Shown here piece after piece: positions 35,365-40,955 of a stretch of DNA of 40,955 bases. Below the pieces are notes generated by a model. It was not told the DNA's origin and did not search any database. It was given only the letters and a program-made list of their open reading frames with translations. Every line of letters begins with the position of its first letter. Position 1 is the stretch's first letter. This DNA comes from Acidimicrobiales bacterium (lineage in GTDB: Bacteria > Actinomycetota > Acidimicrobiia > Acidimicrobiales > Bog-793). Where the stretch lies: assembly GCA_035533675.1 (NCBI GenBank), contig DATLTI010000322.1, positions 1 to 40,955 of the forward strand, read 5' to 3'. The translations under genes and the position numbers were made by a program.

Positions 35365-36320
35365 GAGCTGGTCGACGACGCGACAAGTCCCGACCTGGAC
35401 AAGTGATCAGGCCTTGACGAGCCCCGAGCGGCCGCGATCGGCGGTGGTCCTGTCGGTTGCGAACTTGCCCAGACCTGCGTGCGCTTTGGTGTCAGGGTTA
35501 CGCTCGCCGAGCCCGGCGAGTATCTCCTCGCCCACAAAGAGCACACCATCGCCGAGGTGCTCGCCGACATGCTGCGTGCCGACGGGTTACTTTGCGGTTC
35601 GGTGCACGCGTCCACGCGGTCCATCGCACTACTCGAGGCGCGGAAGTTGCGTTCGATGACGGAACACACTCGCGGTCGTGCGGATCATCGTTGCCACCGG
35701 CCAGCACCCAAACAGCGACGGACTCGATCTCGAACGACTCGGTATCATATTGATAGACAAGAGGCTTACAACCAACCCTGATGACTGGGTTGTCGGGCAG
35801 AACAACTATGGGCGGCCGGTGACGTTACTGGCGTCGCTCCCTACACCCACCTCGCCAACTACCAGGCGCGAATCACCACCGCCAACCTGCTCGGGGGATC
35901 TACCGTCGGAGATCTCAGAGCCGTGCCTCGGGTCGTGTATACCGATCCCCCCGTCGCTGCGGTCGGTCTAACGGCCAAACACGCAGCCCAGCTGGCATGG
36001 ACGTGCAGACTGCCTCGACCGAGTTCGGCACCACAGTCCGCTCCGCCACCGGTGCCAGTCCAGTTGGCCGATTGTTCCTCGTTGCCGACCGGATGAAGGC
36101 GGTGCTTGTCGGCACCGCTGGTATCGGCGGCCACTGTGACGAATGCCTCGGTGAGTTGGCCCTTTCCATTCGTGCCAAGATTCGTGCCAAGATTCCTCTC
36201 AAGATCCTGGCGGATGTAATGCACGCCTTCCCGACGTCAGCGAGGTCTTGGAGTCGCCGCTGCGCGAGCTCGCTCAAGGCGCAACATGACCAATCCAAAC
36301 TGATGTCGATCTCTGGATAG
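35365..36320 (+). pseudogene. Pyridine nucleotide-disulfide oxidoreductase (mercuric/mycothione/dihydrolipoamide reductase-like), 5'-truncated and multiply frameshifted
   Basis: The pieces lie in three frames. The first is [52 protein letters not shown] (NAD Rossmann). The second is IVATGQHPNSDGLDLERLGI. The third is ...[18 protein letters not shown]... followed by the dimerisation-domain tail ...AFPTSA. The N-terminal FAD domain is missing where the IS256 remnant abuts. There is a 12-bp tandem duplication attcgtgccaag x2 (IRAKIRAK) near 36170-36195. Confidence 0.75.
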
Positions 36321-36476
36321 ATCGAAGGATTGAACATATCCGAGTGCGTTGGCGCGACTGGGAGAGCCGGTATTCGGGGCTCCTCAACCGCTTGCCTCAT
36401 CCGGGCGCTTTGGGTCTTGAGATTCGGCCAGCACCGACTGCGGTACAGTGCTGCCAACGGCAAGTTAGGAGCGAAC

Positions 36477-36695
36477 ATGGCTGTGGAGCGGACCGAACCG
36501 AGCGTGGCGACACGAGCAGAAGATGAAAAAGAATCCGCTGTTCCGGCAGGCGCAGATCGTACGCCTACTTCCGAGGAAGAGGAAGCCGCTGAAAGCGCTC
36601 AGCTAGACCAGGAAACAAAAGAGTCCGTGAGCAAGCATTACAAAGAGATGGCTGAGCTTGGCGCTGATGTGGAGGGCGAAGGGCACATCCCGTAG
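36477..36695 (+). CDS. Small acidic hypothetical protein
   Basis: ORF 36330..36695. The ATG at 36477 follows AGGAG. 72 aa, Glu-rich. Confidence 0.5.
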   Translation: MAVERTEPSVATRAEDEKESAVPAGADRTPTSEEEEAAESAQLDQETKESVSKHYKEMAELGADVEGEGHIP

Positions 36696-37256
36696 TCAAA
36701 GGCCTTCCCAGTCAACAAGCGGGAGGGCTCAAGTAGCGTCGCTATTCACCGAGTACCGGTTGTAGGTCCCAGACGTGCTCTTGAGTTTGTTCAAGCAAAG
36801 GACGAAGGGCTTCGGCGACGTCCGGCAAGACCGATATCGTTCGCTTGAGAGAAACGCTCGCTGTACCGTTCCAGCTGATCTCGTTCGAGCCGCAGGTCCT
36901 CATCCAATGCCTCGCGAGAGCTGTTGGTTGGGGGCATTGGCGAGAGCACGAACGACTCATTGTGAGCTGACGCGAAGCGACCCGCCAGCCTAACGCAGCG
37001 TTTTTCACATCGGGATTGGCTCGGGAATGTCTGGTGTGGGCGGGGGCTGAGGAAGCGTCGGTTCGTCTGGCGGAATGGTCATACTTGGACGCTACTGGCA
37101 ACCAACCAGACCTTCGCCTCATTTACATCCTGACCTGCTCGTATGGCTCCGTCAACAATCACTCAGGTGCCTCTGATACCTCTGGCGAGTGTGTAGGGTG
37201 CGGGTATGGAAATGTGACGACGTCGAGAAGTGGGCGCGGGAGAGGTGGAGAATCAA

Positions 37257-37562
37257 ATGACGGAGCACGTCCGGATAGCGAATCCGACACCGCTGCAACA
37301 GCAAAGGCGAGTCTGCGACGAGTGCGGTCGTCCGCTCGCGGACACGACCGATGCTGCCGGCACCCCTTACCGCGCCTGCGAAGCCCTTTTGGGAGAGATT
37401 GAGGCCGGGAAACGATGGAATGACGAGAGTTTGGACAGGCAGGCGGAGACCGACGAGCCTGAGGCGGAATCGCCCGATGAGTTGCCGGGAGAGGGTGCTG
37501 ATCAGGATCAGCCGGGTGTAGTTGTTCCGCATGCAGTCCCTAGCGATTCTCTCGGCGGCTAG
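37257..37562 (+). CDS. Hypothetical acidic protein with a CxxC...C segment
   Basis: ORF 37230..37562. The ATG at 37257 follows GGTGGAG. The N-terminus is MTEHVRIANPTPLQQQRRVCDECGRPL. Confidence 0.4.
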   Translation: MTEHVRIANPTPLQQQRRVCDECGRPLADTTDAAGTPYRACEALLGEIEAGKRWNDESLDRQAETDEPEAESPDELPGEGADQDQPGVVVPHAVPSDSLGG

Positions 37563-37880
37563 TGCCCTGACCACAAAGGTTCGCGCGCCTTGGTCGAAGC
37601 CGAAATGGCTACCCGTTGCGTGGACAGCTTGCTCGACAGTGCCACGCGGTGACCAGGGTCAGATCTTCCGAGTCTCAGGCGCGTCGGAGGGAATCGCTTG
37701 CCTCGAGCCGGTGTTGGTGTCCTCCAGGCGGCGCGTGCTGCTGAACGACCCCACCGGCGCTGACGTTCGGAGCGGATGCGGGCCCGTTCCTTTCGCTGTG
37801 CGGCGATGACGTCGGGGTGCTTCGCGTTGGCATTGCGCCGCCATTTGGACTGAAACGGCCACAAATATTTTGGTGCACAA

Positions 37881-38005
37881 TTTGGCCCGTTTCGTCGCGC
37901 CCGTAGAGCGCCCGAGGAATAATCACCGCCGGCTCGATAAGCCTCGCACATGCTCTTACCTGGTCTTCCTCAATGGAGGTGAGCGGATTCGAACCGCCGG
38001 CGTCC
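37881..38005 (-). repeat. Copy D of the motif-X + tRNA-like 3'-end repeat
   Basis: Plus strand: tttggcccgtttcgtcgcgcccgtagagcgcccgagg, 66 nt from gag to ggaggt, then tggaggtgagcggattcgaaccgccggcgtcc. Confidence 0.7.
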
Positions 38006-38514
38006 ATTAACTCATTATCGAGCTGTAGAAAACGCTCCTGTACCAATGTACGAGCGACCGGCAACGGGCCGACCAACCGCGATTCTTGTTGCGGTCTAGC
38101 GCTCATTGCGAGAAAGAGGCGCTCTTAAGGGCTGATCCGATTAAGTATCTGTAGCCATTCGGCCAACTGTTTTGGATCCGGTCTAGGCGCCTCTCTGCGT
38201 GCCGAAGCCCCGATCTCATGAAGAAGTATGGCTATCGCTGTGCCCCGCTCTGTATGGCCATCGCCTAGATCGAACCGCGCCTCAACAGCCCGAAAAAAAT
38301 TTCACCGAAGGGTTCATCTCAATGAACTCGCTCAGCGATACGACGATGGAGATCCGGCTGAAGGCGACGGACAACGACATGAAGTAATCCATGTCTCCGA
38401 CCTGGGATCCGTGGCTGTTGAGTAACCATGCATAAGTCGTCACTCTAGGCTTGAGCACGTGATGAGTTCACAGCTCCATTCGCAAATCTTTGGTCTCATC
38501 GGGGCGTATTAATT

Positions 38515-39228
38515 ATGTGCGGTCGCTTCACTCTCACCGAGAGCCGTTACGACCTCGAGAACTTCTTCGACGTCAAGCCAGATCATGTCCAATTGATGAA
38601 CGGACATATCAATCGAGCGACAACATTCCCCCATCGATCCGAATACCAGGTGCATCAATTGGGAAAGATGGCGAAAGACAACTCGACCTCTACCGTTGGG
38701 GTCTCATACCATCGTGGGTGGAAAACCTCTCAAGCTTCCAATCGACCACAAGCAACGCCGGGGCAGAGTCAGTTGCCGACAGGCCGATGTACCGAACTGC
38801 CTTTCGTAGTCGGCGCCTTTTGATTCCGGCCGAGGCTTTCTATGAGTGGAACCGTGCAGATCCGAAGAACAAACAGCCATACCTCTTCAAACGTTCGGAT
38901 GGCGCGCCGAGGGCCTTCCGCGGGACTCTACGAGTTTTGGAGGCACCCCGAGGGCGAATGGCCCACCTCCTGCACCATCATTACGACCTCAGCTAATGCA
39001 AACATGCCCATCCACGATCGAATACCGGTGATCCTAGAATCCGATGTGTGGGACCGATGGCTTGATCCAGAACCTCAAGATCGAGACGAACTTGAAGCGA
39101 TGCTGTCATCAGGCACACCAGGGACGCTGTTGCATTATCCTGTTGATACGCGTATGGGTTCAACCAAGAACGAAGATCCCTCGCTCATTGAGCCTGTTGA
39201 AGTGGCTGTCGCACAAACATTGTTGTAG
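38515..39228 (+). pseudogene. SOS-response-associated peptidase (SRAP/YedK, DUF159) with two compensating frameshifts
   Basis: It starts with the hallmark MCGRF (frame of 38515). The middle part NIPPSIRIPG...LDLYRWGLIPSW...NAGAESVADRPMYRTAF...LLIPAEAFYEW...KQPYLF lies in the frame of ORF 38490. The end GLYEFWRHPEGEWPTSCTIITTSANANMPIHDRIPVILE..WDRWLDP is back in the first frame (ORF 38842..39228). Confidence 0.8.
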
Positions 39229-39282
39229 GTGCGTGATATCCAGTGCTGAGTATTTCAGCTCGATTTGGGGGATTATCAAGAT

Positions 39283-39582
39283 ATGGGTGAAGCCGACGAC
39301 AAACCACGCAAACCAAGACATCCTCTGCAAAAGGTGCCTAAGTATCAGGAGCCCAACTCATTGCCCATCCCAGGGCTAGGTGGCGGAAGCATGTTTGGAC
39401 TACGGCGAGGTCGGTTCGGCCATGGGTCCGACGGCGAGAAGCACCACCGACCAGCGTGGCCAGGAAGAGTCTTTCTTTGGCTGCTGGGAATGCGCCCCAA
39501 AGACCCTGAAGCAGAGGAACCACGTACTCGGGAACATGAACCAGAAGAGTCCACTGAAGAGGGCACAATCCCCCATCTCTAG
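39283..39582 (+). CDS. Hypothetical charged protein
   Basis: ORF 39265..39582 with an ATG at 39283. No recognisable family. Confidence 0.3.
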   Translation: MGEADDKPRKPRHPLQKVPKYQEPNSLPIPGLGGGSMFGLRRGRFGHGSDGEKHHRPAWPGRVFLWLLGMRPKDPEAEEPRTREHEPEESTEEGTIPHL

Positions 39583-39691
39583 GTCTTCCTAGCACTCTTG
39601 TTCGTCCTGGACTCAGTTGACGTCTGCAACACCGCTCAAATCAGAAACCATTCACTCGTTATCAAGCGTGTAGTAAAGAGCTCATGTACCA

Positions 39692-40123
39692 ATGTCCATT
39701 ATGGAGACTGACGGAGTGCGCACACTCTTGTATCTTTTATGGCTCGTCTTTTCGAGAATCTGGCTTGCTTTCGGTTATGCGATTGCCGGCATATGCATGT
39801 TCCTGCTTGTCATCACAGTTCCATTCGGATTCGTGTCATTCGGTCTCGCCGCCTGTGTCCTATGGCCATTTGGAAGAAAGGTAGTAAAGCGGCCCAGCGC
39901 TGGAGCGATGTCAACGATGGAAAACATCCTGTGGTTTGTTCTTGCTGGCCTTTGGATGGCGACCGCTCACCTGTTTATCGGCGTGTTGTTGTGCTTGACG
40001 ATCGTTGGCATCCCACTCGTGCTAGGGAACTTCAAGCTTGCTTCTGTGGCCATTGCCCCACTTGGAAAAGAGATCGTTTCCACCCGAGACCCACGAGCCG
40101 CGATCGACACCATCTCTTTTTAG
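39692..40123 (+). CDS. YccF-domain inner membrane protein
   Basis: 143 aa with two YccF repeats. NILWFVLAGLWMATAHLFIGVLLCLTIVGIPLVLGNFKLASVAIAPLGKEIV is the classic PF03733 pattern. Confidence 0.85.
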   Translation: MSIMETDGVRTLLYLLWLVFSRIWLAFGYAIAGICMFLLVITVPFGFVSFGLAACVLWPFGRKVVKRPSAGAMSTMENILWFVLAGLWMATAHLFIGVLLCLTIVGIPLVLGNFKLASVAIAPLGKEIVSTRDPRAAIDTISF

Positions 40124-40300
40124 ACTCAGAGCCCTCCTGGCACCTTCTGGCGGCGGAGAAACTCATTTGCTATCCGCTTTGGTGCTCGCGATAACCTTGC
40201 CTCGTCGATAAGTGTTTCTAGACGAAATTTGGATATTCGATCGAGTCAAGCATGCACGGCGCTGAAGTCATCAAGTGCGGAGTTGTGGATGACAGACCAA

Positions 40301-40424
40301 TTTGGCCCGTTCCGTCGCGCCCGTAGAGCTCCCGGAGGATAATTCCAACGAAGAAGTACCTCTCAGCATATGCTCTGACCTGGGTGCTTTTGGTGGAGGT
40401 GAGGGGTACGTACCCGAACCGCGC
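40301..40424 (-). repeat. Copy E of the motif-X + tRNA-like 3'-end repeat (T-arm disrupted, CCA end present)
   Basis: Plus strand: tttggcccgttccgtcgcgcccgtagagctcccgga, 66 nt, then tggtggaggtgaggggtacgtacccgaaccgcgc. Confidence 0.7.
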
Positions 40425-40686
40425 TTTATTTGTTGATGGCACTGAGATTTCCCTAGTTGCAGCTTGTCTTTGAGCGCACTTTGTGGTCGTCGCGACCTTT
40501 GGAGGAGTGGTGCCAAAGGTGACTCGGAACAAGTGCAGTTTACGGTTCAAAGCGATCACTGAATGCACGCCCCGAGTAATCGAGCAGCATCGTCCCAGTT
40601 CGGGCGCATTTCGGACGATTATTTCTGCACACCATTCATCCGTTGAGACTTTGTTGGCACTTCGGATTTGAGGGGGGTCTGTTGAC

Positions 40687-40955
40687 TCAGCCCCAGAAGA
40701 TGGCAGTGGTGTCCTCGTCAATCGCAGCCAACATCTGATCAACCGTTCCGGGCTCGACGAGATCGAACAGATGCCATCGTCCATTACGGTCGCGCCAGTA
40801 GAGCGACCAGTTTCCAGCGACGGGGTCATATCGGATCTGGGCCACGTTATGACGCGACCACTCGGTGAGTGATTCGTGCCACGGCGCACGACACTCGACG
40901 ATCGTGACTGAGTTGCCGCGCGCTGACGACTCAATCCGCATCTCGTCGAGGAATC
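40687..40955 (-). CDS. DUF3024-domain protein, C-terminal part (open to the right window edge)
   Basis: GNSVTIVECRAPWHESLTEWSRHNVAQIRYDPVAGNWSLYWRDRNGRWHLFD fits the DUF3024 pattern. The frame stays open upstream of the listed Met (..FLDEMRIE..) to position 40955. Confidence 0.7.
   Translation of the reverse strand, partial: FLDEMRIESSARGNSVTIVECRAPWHESLTEWSRHNVAQIRYDPVAGNWSLYWRDRNGRWHLFDLVEPGTVDQMLAAIDEDTTAIFWG

Noticed and set aside
38185-38285. Possible seventh, very degenerate repeat copy (gcgcctctctgcgtgccgaag ... tggccatcgcctagatcgaaccgcgcc), and a 9-mer cgaaccgcc at 12225-12233.
   Set aside because: The similarity rests mainly on a tcgaaccgc core that could occur by chance in 82 kb of two-strand sequence. 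The motif-X match is poor.
37974-38400. Possible tmRNA at copy D (GGACGCCGGCGGTTCGAATCCGCTCACCTCCA resembles a tmRNA 3' end; an ORF ending TAATGA lies just upstream).
   Set aside because: No 5' partner GGAGGTG/GGGGGTG plus TTCGAC-type sequence occurs within 500 nt. The CCA end is not encoded. The candidate tag (..AFSTAR**) is atypical and directly abuts the T-arm, which is not the one-piece tmRNA layout.
40391-40694. Possible tmRNA (ssrA) on the minus strand: it would start GGGGCTGA (40694-40687) and end ...CACCTCCACCA (copy E).
   Set aside because: GGGGCTGA is simply the last codons plus the stop (..TGG GGC TGA) of the DUF3024 CDS. The putative acceptor strands do not pair (GGGGCUG versus CACCUCC has a C-C clash). 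The T-arm is disrupted (GGTTCGGGTACGTACCCC). No resume codon or tag ORF ending in ..AA-stop exists. The length (about 300 nt) and 5' motifs (no UUCGAC) do not fit.
40218-40934. 238-aa minus-strand ORF spanning copy E and the region up to the DUF3024 gene.
   Set aside because: It runs through the repeat and overlaps the better-supported DUF3024 frame. Its composition is low-complexity Ser/Thr/Arg, and it has no RBS.
1-40955. CRISPR arrays, rRNA genes, intact tRNA genes.
   Set aside because: I found no regularly spaced short direct repeats with unique spacers, no rRNA-like conserved blocks, and no sequence with both halves of a tRNA cloverleaf.

Overview
The window looks actinobacterial (moderately high GC, actinobacterial-type DapD, ATGA/TGATG-coupled operons, standard genetic code). 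It splits into two parts.

Positions 1 to about 12,200 look core-like. They carry the dapD 5' end, several membrane proteins, a secreted beta-propeller/GH25-like protein, a CNNM/CorC-type protein, a LapA-domain protein, a wHTH regulator, an ice-binding-like (DUF3494) secreted protein, an L,D-transpeptidase and an amidohydrolase.

From about 12.2 kb to the right edge the DNA is an accessory mosaic with at least 7 pseudogenes or gene remnants:
- an internally deleted amt paralog
- a wHTH regulator with nonsense codons
- a recombinase tail
- a HARE-HTH-like gene with 2 in-frame stops
- an IS256 transposase fragment
- a 5'-truncated, frameshifted flavoprotein disulfide reductase
- a doubly frameshifted SRAP/YedK gene

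The most striking signal is six same-strand copies of a degenerate tRNA-Ala(CGC) 3'-half-like sequence. Each copy follows the same short motif at a near-constant spacing, and one copy abuts a recombinase C-terminal remnant. Two copies are 51/51 nt identical and bracket an 8.2-kb module. That module encodes an ECF sigma operon with a GGAAC-N17-CGTT promoter candidate and a giant protein of about 1,200 aa built from 8 IPT/TIG repeats, an FN3 domain and a propeller-like tail. I read this as tandem or nested accretion of decayed integrative elements. A tRNA-derived dispersed element is the alternative.

No intact tRNA, rRNA, tmRNA or CRISPR array was found by eye. All family assignments come from motif recognition and memory, not from searches.
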